Position numbers and translations under genes: made by a program. Source: Octopus sinensis (taxonomy: Eukaryota). From it: 64,000 nucleotides of DNA. Location of the stretch: positions 34,410,001-34,474,000 of the forward strand of contig NC_042998.1 in assembly GCF_006345805.1 (NCBI RefSeq), in the 5' to 3' direction. The notes below the pieces were generated by a model. The model had not been told where the DNA came from, searched no databases, and saw only the letters and a program-made list of their open reading frames with translations. Below, piece after piece: positions 1-12,183 of the stretch (position 1 is its first letter; every line of letters begins with the position of its first letter).

Positions 1-275
1 ATACCTATCGTAATGGACCATACCTCTCTGTCTATACATATGGAACCTCTCTGCAACTGTGTAGACAGGGTCATTTGAAAGTTATGTTTTTACTGTGAAC
101 AAGTATAGTGCCAAAGATAGAACTAAGAACCCCTTAGTTGGCATTAGATGTCCTGTTCACTTGAGCAGCTCCAGTTCTGATTACAAAACCATTAAAGCTT
201 TCTAGAGAAAATATTTAGTCTTTAATTCCCAAGTTTTATCTTCCATCTTTTTAATATACTTTAATATTATAGATG

Positions 276-769
276 CAGGTGTAATGATATGCATAATATC
301 TGGTCATCAAATCTAAGTAGAGATTTCAAACTTAAAATCTTCAAAGCCACAGTCGAACCAATTCTACTAGATGGCTCAGAAACCTGGACGTTATCAAAGA
401 AGCTTGAGAGGCGGTTGGATGGAACTTACACTCGCCTCCTTATGAGAGCTCAAAATCTCTTGTGGAAGCGTCATCCAACCAAAGTACAAATATATGGGAA
501 ACTACCACCTGTATCATCTCTTGTGAAAGGTAGAAGAGTCCAGTTTGCTGGACATTGTTGTAGAGCTGAAAACGAGGTAATTTCTACTCTTCTCCTTTGG
601 AAGCCATCTGCTCGTGATACCAGAGGGCACACACTCTCCTACCCTGATGTAATCTGTAGGGATACAGGCATCCAGAAATAGGACCTCCGTAATGCTATGA
701 TGGACTGTGAAGTCTGGTGTAACATAGTAATTTCCACTGTCTCAACCATGGTCGAACAATGACGATAAT
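276..769 (+). mobile_element. 5'-truncated RTE-clade LINE 3' end (decayed ORF2 C-terminus)
   Basis: ORF 289-681 reads KLKIFKATVEPILLDGSETWTL...RVQFAGHC, matching the RTE motif KxxIFxxxVxxxLLYGSETW. The frame continues past a stop to VEQ* and a degenerate (GAT)n tail. Confidence 0.88.
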
Positions 770-1188
770 GCAGGTGTGACTGTGTGGTAAGAAGGTTGCT
801 TTCCAACCCTATGGTTTTCAGTTCAGTCCTACTATATGGCACTTTGAGCAAGTGTCTGCAACTATAGCTTCAGGTTGAGCAAAGCCTTGTAAATGGATTC
901 AATAAAGAGAAACTGAAAGAAGCCCGTCATATCTGTATGTATATGTATGTGTGTGTCTTTGTGTCTGTGCTTGTTGCCCACCACCACCACCACCACCACC
1001 ACCACGACTTGACAACCGGTGTTGGTTTGTTTACATCCTCATAACTTAACAGTTCTGAAAAGTGACCGATAGAATAAGTACCAAGCTTTAAAAAAATGTA
1101 AATTCTGGCGTTGATTCATTCAACTAATAATTCTTCAAGTCTGTGCCCCAACATGGCCACAGTCTAATGACTGAAACAATAAAAGATA
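770..1188 (+). mobile_element. tRNA-derived SINE family A (CORE-like, internal TA/TG microsatellite)
   Basis: Head gcaggtgtgactgtgtggtaag with B-box-like gttcagtcc, CORE-like actttgagcaagtgtc, tail atgactgaaacaa. About 20 related copies occur in the window. Confidence 0.8.
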
Positions 1189-1567
1189 ATTCGATGGATT
1201 TTAGCTACAAATTCATTTTCCACTTTTCCGTCCTCCATTTACATCAAAACTAATAATAAAAAATCTTTTGTTGTGGTGAATCATCTACTTTCCTCATAAC
1301 AGATTTTGTATTGCAAATGAATATATTGCAGCACCGCAGTTAATAACTAATTAGTTTTAACGTATATATTCCGCAAAAACCTTTGGTGTCTATCCTTTAA
1401 ATTCCTTTTTAACGAACTACCTAATTATGAGCAAATTAATTTTAGACTGATAATGTTGCATAACTAAAAGATTAATGATCGTTTAATTGCCGAGAATCAG
1501 AGATGTATCGATAAAAAGTAATTGACCAAAGAGGAAAACAAAGTGATTTCATTAAAGTATTCATTAA

Positions 1568-1598
<31 letters not shown>

Positions 1599-2374
1599 TT
1601 CACGTCTGTTTTCCATGCTGGCATGGGTTGGATGGTTTGACTGGAGCTAGTAAAGCTGGGAGCTGCATTAGGTTCCCTTGTCTGTTCGCTCAACTAGTTC
1701 TTTTTTCTTGTTTTTTTTTTTTTGAATACCAGATTTATCCAAAAGGACAAGTTGTAGCTATTTCTAAGGAATAGTTACTTTGACCAAGAAACAGTTTTAA
1801 AAGCCCTACGCTTTAAATTTTACATTAATTACTTGGCAAATGCAGGGCCATTTTAACAGTATTACTAACTCCATGTGAAGCAGGCATGCTGGCAGACTCA
1901 TTAGCACCCCGGCCGAAATACCTAGCACCATTTTGCCTATCTTTACATTCTGAGTTCAAATTCTTCCAAAGCTGACTTTACTTTTCATTCTCTTGGGGCC
2001 AATAAAATAAGCTCCTGTCGAGCACTGGGGTGATGTAATCTGCTAGTTCCCTCTCCCAAAATTTCAGGCCTTGTGCCTGTGGCAAAAAGGATTGTTAACT
2101 CCTGGGTGAAGTAATGCACTGGGGCCTATATGTAGTATACATTTATTGACAACAAGCCACAACATACATAGATTAGCATTTGGTCCCTAGACTCATGGTG
2201 TCCACCGTGTCCAGTTTGTCCATATCTTAAAACAACACGGGGCAAACGTAATATCCAAGGAACTTTTATCTCATTTGCGATACTAATAATTACTCTGTAA
2301 TTATAAGAACCCTGACTTGCACCTGGAAGAATGTTACTGCAGAAGAACTGATTGCAAAATTGATGGTTATTTAT

Positions 2375-2603
2375 TTAACCCTTTCGTTACTGTATTTATT
2401 TTGGGATGCTCTGTGTTTCTTTCAATCAGTTTTAAATATAACAAAGAATTTAGTAAAATAACTTAGTTATCATTAAGCAAGTGTTAGGAACATAAATTGT
2501 GACTATGGTTTGGTGGAAGATTTTAATTCAAAACTTATGAAAACAAGACATTTGTACTCAGAGCCAGAGACGGTTTCAGCCAGGTTGGTAACGAAAGGGT
2601 TAA
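2375..2603. mobile_element. piggyBac-type MITE
   Basis: TTAA-ccctttcgttac ... gtaacgaaaggg-TTAA termini; 8 related copies in the window. Confidence 0.9.
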
Positions 2604-2692
2604 ATCTATCTCAGATGCAATAGGTTTTCATATCCTTGGACACTAAGGGACCAGAATTATAAGCCTGCTACATGTGAATTAGAATCTCAGTT

Positions 2693-2930
2693 CACCATCA
2701 TCATCATTTAATGTCCATTTTCCATGCTGGTATGGGTGGGACCGTTCAAGAGGAGCTGGCAAGCCAGAGAGCTACTCTAGGCTCCAGTCATCTGTTTTGG
2801 CATGGTTTCTATGATTGGATGCTAACCACTTTACACAGTGTACTCGATGCTTCTTACATGGCACTAGCACCATGCTTTTCAGGTGGCACCAGCGCATATA
2901 TATTTTACATGGCACCAGCAGGGTCACCAA
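2693..2930 (-). mobile_element. Family C ((GAT)n-tailed RTE 3' end), decayed
   Basis: catcatcatttaatgtccattttccatgctgg tail plus degenerate atggcaccagca subrepeats. Another tail fragment lies at 1571-1685. Confidence 0.65.
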
Positions 2931-4591
2931 TTTAGAAAAGTATATTGAACTTCATTTACATTGTGAATGGAATTTTGGCTATCACACACACACACCAAAC
3001 AAATTTCCATACAGTTTCTACCAATTGAATTCCACATGTTAATGCAGATGTCTCTATGTAGCAGCTTGATCTGCTAGAAATAGCAACAAATTCTCCTTAC
3101 AAATTTTAGAATGACAATGATATATTACATAGTGCAAGCCTATATACACTGTGTCATAAAAAATACAGACAGGGTGACCATACAGATGGAATGGCCTTCT
3201 CATGCATTGAATGTTGGTTTACCAACTAGAGTTATAGTTAACACTAGTTCCAACTAGTCAAATCAATGCACGTTAGGGAATTCTTTTGTTATTTTAACTA
3301 ATGAATATATATATACTAAAAGATGTGACCTATTTTCCCTTCACTTAGACTCTACGAACCAAACCAAAATGAGGTTTCTTTTTCTTTTTAAATTTACATA
3401 CATGCTCTGATGAAATGAATGATATTGAAAGGTTTTGCAGTTGAACCATTGTTAATTTTCTATCAAGTATTGATCTTCTGAAGAACTGTATGCACTTATT
3501 TGAACGCTTTCTGTCTTTGTTCTTCCTCTAAGAACTATTACTTAACAGAACTGCATATGTAACACGTAGATGAGATTTTTTTTTTTTACAGACATCTCTA
3601 CTTATAAACTTTGCTAACACTTCATAGATTTTTATATTTTAATATAGTTGTTACAATGCATATTGAGCTGTTTATATCCACTTACTTTGGCTTCTATTAC
3701 AAATAGAATACAAGGCAGTGAGCTGGCAGAATCATTAGCATGACATGCAAAATGCTTACCAATATTTTGTCTGTCTTTCTTCTCTCAGTCCCAATTTTGC
3801 TATGGTTGATTTTGCCTTTCATCCTTTCAAGGGTCATAAAATATGTACCAGTTTAGCACTGGGGTTGATGTAAACAACTTGTCCCCTCTCCCAAACTTAC
3901 TGGCCTTTTACCAAAATTTGATACCTGTTTTATGAATAGAATTTTTAGGAATAATTGTCCCTATCCAGCTGAAAGATCTAGTTTAGGTTTCAATCAAGCC
4001 AACAAAGCCAAAGGTGTTTGATACTCTTGTGGTAGACTCAATAGATCTCCACAATTTATGTCACAATGAAAGAACTGGTACTCAAATGAACCTATCACTG
4101 ATATGAGCTCTTCTTTAAATGTCCACATCACTGTAAATATCTTATTAGCTCATAGTCTGCATTTCAATATTATACTTTTAAACTAATTTCATTGCATAAA
4201 TGGCTATATTATTTGTATCCCGTGATCATGTGATTGACCAGACTGTCAGATGTTGTTATATATCACTGGTCACAATACGCTTTGCATCGTTTTAACTTTT
4301 GAATGATGCCACTCTGCTGGCTAGTCAAGCAGACCAACATCCCCCACTTATCAGAAAGCTTGTCCATTGTAAGGTTAACAATTTACACTTGAGTGGACTG
4401 GAGCAACGTGAAATGAAGTGTTTTGCTCAAAAACACAATGCACAGCGAGTCTGGGTATTGAAACCATAATTTTACAATCTTGAGTGCAAAATATCTAACC
4501 ACTAGGCCATGCTCCTTTATGTATTATTTGTTGGCACTCATATATATATGTATGTATATATGGTATGTGTGTGTGTGTGTAGATATATATA

Positions 4592-4962
4592 GGTGCAGGC
4601 ATGGCTGTGTGGTAAGAAGCTTGCTTCCCAACCACATGGTTCTGGGTTCAGTCCCACTGCGTGGCACCTTGGGCAAGTGTCTTCTACTCTAGCCTCTGAC
4701 CAACCAAAGCCTTGTGAGTGGATTTGATAGATGAAAACTGAAAGATGTTGACCTTAAAATAGACTTCATTTATCTTGCTCGCCTTACATCATTTTCGTAC
4801 CAAGGAGTAACGCCCTGGTTTTATTTAAAAACAATGGCCATTCAACACACATGGAGTTGTTTTGTTTTTTTTAACTGCTCTTCTCCCCCTCTCTATATCT
4901 TTATACACAATTTGCCACTACCGGCTCAGCAACAGATTAGAAGCATGCCTTCTCTCTCTTTA

Positions 4963-4997
<35 letters not shown>

Positions 4998-5465
4998 ATA
5001 AGATCGTTATTTAAATACCAATCTTATCAGGTGGCCAGCATGGGAATAAAAACCTGCAAAGGTAATAATTATTATTAAAATTTTAATTTAGGGCATGTAA
5101 GAGATACCACCATACTGGAAATAGCAACCAAAACTTGACTTTAAAACCACATTAAATGGTCATACAGCACCAGGAGAGAAGACAAAGAGACAAAATAAAC
5201 TAGCAAAAAAATTACTGGATAATTTCATTTAATGTGGTTTTAGAGTATATGTTTATGTCTGTGTGTCTTTGTGACTGTGTTTGTCCACCCACTGTCACTT
5301 GACAACCAATGTTGGTATGTTTATATCCCTGTAACTTAGCAATTCAGCAAAAAAGACTGATAGCATAAGTACCAAGCTTACAAAGAATGTGTTTTGGCAT
5401 TGATTTGTTTAGCTAAAATGTGGTACTCCAGCATGGTCCCTGTCAAATGACTAAAACAAGTAAAA

Positions 5466-5468
<3 letters not shown>
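4592..5468 (+). mobile_element. SINE family A interrupted by nested insertions
   Basis: Head 4592-4745 and tail ~5250-5468 are separated by unrelated sequence and a (TA)n tract. Confidence 0.7.
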
Positions 5469-5506
<38 letters not shown>

Positions 5507-5507
5507 T

Positions 5508-5845
5508 AGGTGCAGGAGTGGCTGTGTGGTAAGTAGCTTGCTTACCAACCACATGGTTCCGGGTTCAGTCCCACTGCGTGGCACCTTGGGCAAGTGTCTT
5601 CTACTATAGCCTCGAGCCGACCAATGCCTTGTGAGTGGATTTGGTAGACGGAAACTGAAAGAAGCCTGTCGTATATATGTATATATATGTTTGTGTGTCT
5701 GTGTTTGTCTCCCTAGCAAAAGAGACCGATAGAATAAGTACTGGGCTTACAAAAGAATAAGTCCTGGGGTCGAGTTGCTCGATTAAAGGCGGTGCTCCAG
5801 CATGGCCGCAGTCAAAATGACTGAAACAAGGAAAAAAAAAAAAGA
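5508..5845 (+). mobile_element. SINE family A, young copy
   Basis: ggtgcaggagtggctgtgtggtaag...gggttcagtcccactgcgtggcaccttgggcaagtgtc...tgactgaaacaag with CpGs retained. Confidence 0.88.
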
Positions 5846-5859
5846 AATATATATATATT

Positions 5860-5926
<67 letters not shown>

Positions 5927-7986
5927 GTATAGCTTCTAATATAAGGATAAAATTTTATTAAAAAATTTTATCAGTGGTCAGCAAATGAAAAATAGCTTTT
6001 CAGGTGAAGTGTATGTTTCCTGACCGACTACACTTGTGTCGAGGCTTGCTACGGAATTTCTATTTAGATATGTTTGAGGTTCTTAAATGTACTCATGATT
6101 TTGCATCTGCTTTTCTGTGGGTATGCCTAAGTATTTCATTTATTTTCATTTTGTGTTCCTCGCTGATGAAAGAAGACTCCTTTATGGATTAATCCAGAAA
6201 TCGGAATCGATTCAGAGATAACTATATTTTTATGAATTTCTGTTAACTTGCTTTCCTCATTTCGATACATGGTGTAATAATATAAGTGAAAATATTTTAT
6301 ATGGTTAAACGATTTAGTGTCTATTTTTCAGCATATTGGGTAAGAAAATCCTTTCTTTTCCCTTATTTATAATTATTTATATATATATATATTTATATAT
6401 ATATATATATATATAGCTATATTAAATCTCTGAGCAAGAGGTAAACAGTAACAATATGGAATCGTAAAATATGTTTGCTAACTAAATGTGGTAGTAACAT
6501 CGTCCTCTTTGGGACCACCACATTAAGTTGGTAAATATATTTTACAATATATATATATATATATATATGAATATCATTTATATATATCAGTGCAAACAAA
6601 TATTAGCCTTGGTTACTATATAATATTTATATTATAATATATTTAAGGTTTACTCTTAAATGACGAAAGGTTTTTATGCGTTTACCCCGAGGTAACATTA
6701 AAATTTAACTTCCAAGTTTTTATTTCTTTGACAGAATTCAGTTAATTGGTAAAAGTAGCATTTAACTGATCGTTGAATTCTTCAGTTTCCTTTTAAACTT
6801 GACTTTAAATTCATGTTTCTTGTTATTTAATCAATCTTAATTTAGTAGCTTCAGGAACCCCCCATTTTTTTTTTGGTTTAAACATACACATAGAAGAAGG
6901 AGAAATGATTGTTCTTTTTTCGCTACATTTCTTTGTGACAATTTTTTTTTTTTCTGTTTAACAAACTGTTTTTTTTAATCAATTCTCAATTAAATTGATT
7001 TATAGTTTCCAGTATTGGTAACCACTTCAGAGTACATTTTTATAATTCATATAAGAATTGAATTACAGATATTAGTAAAAACGAAATCCTAGTTTTCTGC
7101 ACCATCATCATCATCATCATTATTATTATTATTATTATCATCATTTGATTTATTGTTTTGTTGATACTCTTTCCCAGAATGATTTGGTTCGAGAGTAAAG
7201 TGTATGGCTTGGTATGCAATTATGACTTCCTTTATTGATACGTAGGGTAGTTAAGTACTTTTTAACAATTGGTATCTAAAAGAGCCACTATACAACCTAT
7301 TTGTTAACAAGGTTGTTAGTAAAATATTGATTTTTAAAAAAATGCTTTGCTTTGAGGTTTACTACTAAACCATTAACGTGGAATGGTAGTAAGCCTCAGC
7401 GATATTTTTTTTCTTATTGTTCCTGCAACAATATGACTTCTGTAATCATAACTACCTTAGATACATAACCTAGATATTAGATATCATGTGCCAATATTTC
7501 AAACAATGGTAGTAATATCAAATATCATAATCCGACTGAAGCTAGATAAGAACTGAAGTGATAAAGATATTAAAATGAAAACACATTAACATGTGATGCA
7601 CAGAATAAAAGAAATGGAAGTTGTAAGCTACATAAATGTTATTTGCAATGGAGCTGGTATTAGAAATGGGAGATTCTTCTATTGAGGGATTTCACATATG
7701 TAAATTGGGGTTCGAAGTTGTTTTATAATTGCTCCCTTGATACATTCTACAAAAGCACTCCACAGTAGTCGTAAAAATCTATTACGACTGAATGTTATAG
7801 TGTGTTTGAAAATCTGTTCGGAGTAGAAATGAAAGGGGTTGAAAGGGGTTTAGTGATTCCATTAATTTGATTATTCGAAGCCACTTATCTGGTGATTTAT
7901 AACACCAAATTCTATTGCTAAATTAGATAATTACTCAGGGATGCTATCTGCAATCAAAACGTTGAATTAAGGCTATCATACTTCTA

Positions 7987-8385
7987 GGTGCAGACATGGC
8001 TGTGTGGTAAGAAGCTCGTTTCTCAACTACATGGTCCTGGGTTCAGTCCCACTTCATGACACCTTGGTCAAAGGTCTTCTACTATAGCCTCAGGTCAACC
8101 AAAGTCATGTGAGTAGATGGAAACTGAAAGAAGCCCATTATATATATATATGTGCGTGTGTCTTTGTGTCTCTGTTTGTCCTCCACCACACTGCTTAACA
8201 ACTGGTATTGGTGTGGTTATATCCTTATAACTTAGCGGTTCAGCAAAAGAGACCAATAGTATAAGTTTCAGGCGTTAAAAAAAAGGAAATTCTGGAGTTG
8301 AAATTCATTCGACTAAAAATTCCTCAAGGTAGTGCCCCAGCATGGTCACAGTCTAATGACTGAAACAAGCAAAAGATAAAAGATA
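7987..8385 (+). mobile_element. SINE family A
   Basis: Full head-to-tail similarity to 5508-5845. Confidence 0.8.
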
Positions 8386-8599
8386 TTTTATGAAGAAATA
8401 ATAAAACAAATCTATTGGTCAAGTGAAGCAGACATCAACCATAGACTCATTGACCAATATTAACTTAGTCTGCATTTGAGAAAGACAGGTGGCTTTTCTG
8501 GATGTGTTTTGGTTATATTAGACATCCTCAGGGATACAGGATCTTCTGTATACCTGCTAGATTATAAAGGAAACCCTATATTGATGTGCAATAATATGC

Positions 8600-8795
8600 T
8601 TGAGTAGGCATCTGCTGTACAGAAAGGGCTATGTTTTGTTGGTGAATGGACAACAACCTATTGTCAAATGTCTCACAGTGTCTTCTTCCGCAATACTTAA
8701 CACCCAAGTTCTAACCTCAAAATCCTTGTTGTCCCCAATAAAGCAGTTTTCTGAACATGTTTTGCCCTCATGTCAATCCAAAATTTCTCTAATAT
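8600..8795 (-). mobile_element. R4/Dong-like non-LTR retrotransposon 3' fragment
   Basis: Minus strand translates KHVQKTALLGTTRILRLELGC*, the QKxALLGTxRILR C-terminal motif of RLE-type elements. Confidence 0.6.
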
Positions 8796-8946
8796 ATTTC
8801 TCGTCAACCTCAAATTCTGCCGAGGCCAACTTTACCTTCCATCCTTTCAGGCTTGTTATTATAAGTACCAGTGAGAAACTGGGGTGAATGTAATTGACTT
8901 ACCCCCTCCCCTGAAATTTCTGGCTTTGTGTCAAAATTTGAAACCA

Positions 8947-8983
<37 letters not shown>

Positions 8984-9366
8984 GTGATAAAAACTCAGTT
9001 TATTTTGCTGGGTATGATGGAAAGTGTCAGCTGTCCACAGCCAGCTGACTAAGGTGACACTTGTTTACTGGTCATGCTTCAAGAACCCTGCGAAGAATTC
9101 TTATAGTACCAAGCAATGCTGATTTTTGTAGGTGTTATACCTTAATTCTTGCACCAATCTTTTTCAACCATGATGGTAGTTGAGTGCAGATACTCTCAAG
9201 TGCACCAATTACTATTGGTATCACGTCTACTCTCTTCATTGACCACAACCTTCATATTTCCCCACTTCAAATTGTCATAGTTGCTTATTTTTTTTATTCT
9301 TCTTTCACATTGATCCTGTTGTCACCAGGGCATGCTATGTCAATTATCATACATGTTCTTTCTTTT
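8984..9366 (-). mobile_element. R4/Dong-like element 3' fragment inserted in (TAA)n
   Basis: Minus strand RTCMIIDIACPGDNRINVKE...VIPIVIGAL...HLQKSALLGTIRILRRVLEA*. (TTA)n tracts flank both sides (8948-8983, 9367-9393). Confidence 0.85.
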
Positions 9367-10002
9367 ACTATTATTATTATTATTATTATTATTGCAAAGT
9401 ATAACAAAGCCATTCAGTAGAAGGGGAACACTGTACCAAAAAGGTTGGAAATATTTCAACCAGCCAGATCCTGCCTGAATATTCTGCCTCATTTTATGTA
9501 CATATTGACCAGATGCAATATTTCACATCTACTCTAACAATGATATTCTAAAAATAAACAATCACATCATTGAAATCTCAAAGCCACGAGATAATGCATG
9601 ATTAATTCAAAACAATGGGAATAAATAAGCATTACATCTGACAGAGTAATCTGAATGCTAAAGGATTAAATGAACCTTTATGTTTGTTAAATCCATTACA
9701 AGTCACAGCTGAATTTCCATCAAATCACTCCCTTGTAACTTTTGCTGCTAAGCTACACATAAAAATAACTTCAAACAAGAATGCATCGAAGTATCGTCGA
9801 TTCTGTTTCAATCATCTACACTATGAGGGAGAGTACGATCGGTCATTTGAACCCAGGTCTCTTTTACTGCTTCTGGAAGTCCCTTATCTGTTGGCCGTCT
9901 CTCTCGATAGCTCACCTACTGTGAGGCTCCTTGTCTACAATCTCTCTGTTACGAGTTTGTGGGCAATGCCATACAGCCACTTGTCAAAATTAGGAAGAAT
10001 GT

Positions 10003-10422
10003 TTCTTTCTTCTTTTTTTATGCCTTTAACCCTCCAACGCGGAGTATAGGCCACTTATAGTTGAATTCCATGTCGCATAATTTTTCGCTTCTGTACTTAT
10101 ACTCTGCCATGAATGTCCACCTTTCTCTAGTTCCTTTTGTGTTGATCTACGCCACGAGTTCTTAGGCCTACCTCTCCTTCTACATCCATCTGGATTCCAC
10201 TGTAAAGCACTTTGCGCTACATTTGGTGTGTCTTTTCTAATTGTGCGACCAATTCACTTCCACTTTTTCTTAAATATTTGCTCCCTAATCGAAACTTGAT
10301 TTGTTCTTTGCCATAGCTCCATATTGCTTATGTGTTCGGGCCATCTAATTTTAAGCATACTACACAAGCATCTGTTGATGAATGATTGTATTTGCTTATT
10401 TGACTTAACTGTTGTTTGCCAA
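10003..10422 (-). mobile_element. RTE LINE 3' fragment
   Basis: Minus strand QSFINRCLCSMLKIRWPEHISNMELWQRTNQ...ALQWNPDGCRRRGRPKNSWRRS, followed by an AAG-like tail. Confidence 0.9.
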
Positions 10423-10828
10423 GAGCATACTAGATGATATATTACTAGATAAACTGTTTAAATAAATGAGATGTTTACAGTGGGTTCAAATTGGGGCTAA
10501 ACAAAAAACAACAGCTTATATCAAAGAAAAGTCATGTGACTGAACATTAACAACGAAAAAAAATATCTTTATGAAAAAAATTCATAAATCTATTTTTCTA
10601 ATTCCTCCAAGATCCTCTGCTATATTTGCTGTTTGGCAGTCACCAAAGTATAGGGAGAGTACGATTGGTCATTTGAGCCCAGGTGTCTTTTACTGCTTCT
10701 GGAAGTCCCTTTTCTGTGGACCATCTCTCTTGATAGCTCGCCTGCAGTGAGGCTCCTTCTCTACAGTCTCTCTGTTACAAGTTTGTGGGTAATGCCATAC
10801 AGCCACTTGTCAAAATTAAGTATGGAAT

Positions 10829-10879
10829 TTTGTCAGTGAACAGATTGCGGTCTCAAAGCAATGAAAATATTTTGACAAA
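10829..10879 (+). ncRNA. Candidate minimal type-I hammerhead ribozyme, G3-C8 core variant
   Basis: UUUGUCA-GUGAACA-G-AUUGC ggucucaaa GCAAU-GAAA-AUAUU-U-UGACAAA: 7-bp stem I, 5-bp stem II, palindromic helix III (AAUAUU). A decayed paralog lies at 31563-31613. Confidence 0.6.
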
Positions 10880-11050
10880 TTAAATTTAAATGTTGAAGTG
10901 AATCTAACGGTTTTTGTGTGTTTCTTAAATGGCTTATAAACACCTTCCACGCTGCAATTGTTTTTGTTCCAGCAGATGATCTCAGATCATGTCACTTGCT
11001 ATGCAAGTACATCTCCATAATACTGGATAATATATTCTTAGATAAACTGT

Positions 11051-11279
11051 TTAACCCTTTCGTTACTGTATTTATTTTGAGATGCTCTGTGTTTCTTTTA
11101 ATTACTTTAGATATAACAAAGAATTTAGTAAAATAACTTAGTTATCATTAAACTAGTGTTAGGAATATAAATTGTGACTAAGGTTTGGTGGTATATTCTA
11201 ATGCAAAACTTATGAAAACAAGACATTTGTACTACAGAGCCAGAGCCGGTTTTGGCCAGGTTGGTAATAAAAGGGTTAA
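11051..11279. mobile_element. piggyBac-type MITE (filled site; empty paralogous site at 10458-10461)
   Basis: TTAA at 11051-11054 and 11276-11279; flanks match the single-TTAA site in copy B. Confidence 0.93.
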
Positions 11280-11841
11280 ATAAATGAGATGTTTACAGTG
11301 GGTTCAAATTGGGGCTAAACAAAAACAGCAGCTTATATCAAAGAAAAGTCATGTGACTGAACATTATTAACAAAGAAAGGAAAAATAACCTTATGTTAGT
11401 CAGGCTCTGAAAAATCTATTTTTCTAATTCCTCCAAGATCCTCTGCTGTTTGGCAGTCACCAAAGTATTAGCAGTTGGTTGTCCTACTGCGAGCGCATCT
11501 CACTTGCCTTGTTCCTCTCAATGTGTTTATTCATTCTTCGTGACCACAATACTTTCAGCTATTTTTGGCTCCCCCCCCCTTCTCCACCCACGCTAACACA
11601 AATGCTAGAGAAACCGAAACCGACTTTTGCTATCTTCAGCAGCCAATGCCTAGCTAATCTTTCTCTTCTAATTGTATCCTTGACAAATTTGCTGACTTAA
11701 AAATAAAGAAGAGAGAGAGAGAGAAAAAGAAGAAAAAAACTAACTAAAACAAAACAAAACAAAAAGAAAAAAAACTTCCTCACTGCTTTATCTGCATCTC
11801 ATTTTACATACACTCTCATCTGCACTTTACATATAAGCATT

Positions 11842-12183
11842 CACACACACACACACACACATGTAGATGCACACACATACGCACACACACACACACAGAT
11901 GCACACACACAGACACACGCACACATACACACACACAGACACACAAACATATGCACACACACACACACACACAGACACCCACCCACACATACACACAGAT
12001 GCACACACATACACATACACATACATACACATACACACAGATGCACACAGACACACACACACACATACACACACACAGAGACACACACTCACATAAACAC
12101 ACACGCACATACACACACACACACACACAAAGACACACACAGACACACACAGACACACACACAGACACACACGCACACACGCA
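11842..12183. repeat. Compound (CA)n microsatellite
   Basis: About 340 bp of interrupted CA repeats; it explains the CV/HT-rich ORFs. Confidence 0.97.

Larger units (their letters stand above)
9826..11468. repeat. Local tandem duplication A-B / A'-B' with different insertions
   Basis: A 9826-9992 matches A' 10652-10818; B ~10428-10651 matches B' ~11021-11468, which contains a MITE. Confidence 0.85.

Noticed and set aside
5508-5580. tRNA-like A/B boxes
   Set aside because: SINE heads continuing into SINE bodies; no complete cloverleaf.
7353-7398. Hairpin starting tgaggt (let-7-like)
   Set aside because: Seed does not match let-7 and the stem is too short for a pre-miRNA.
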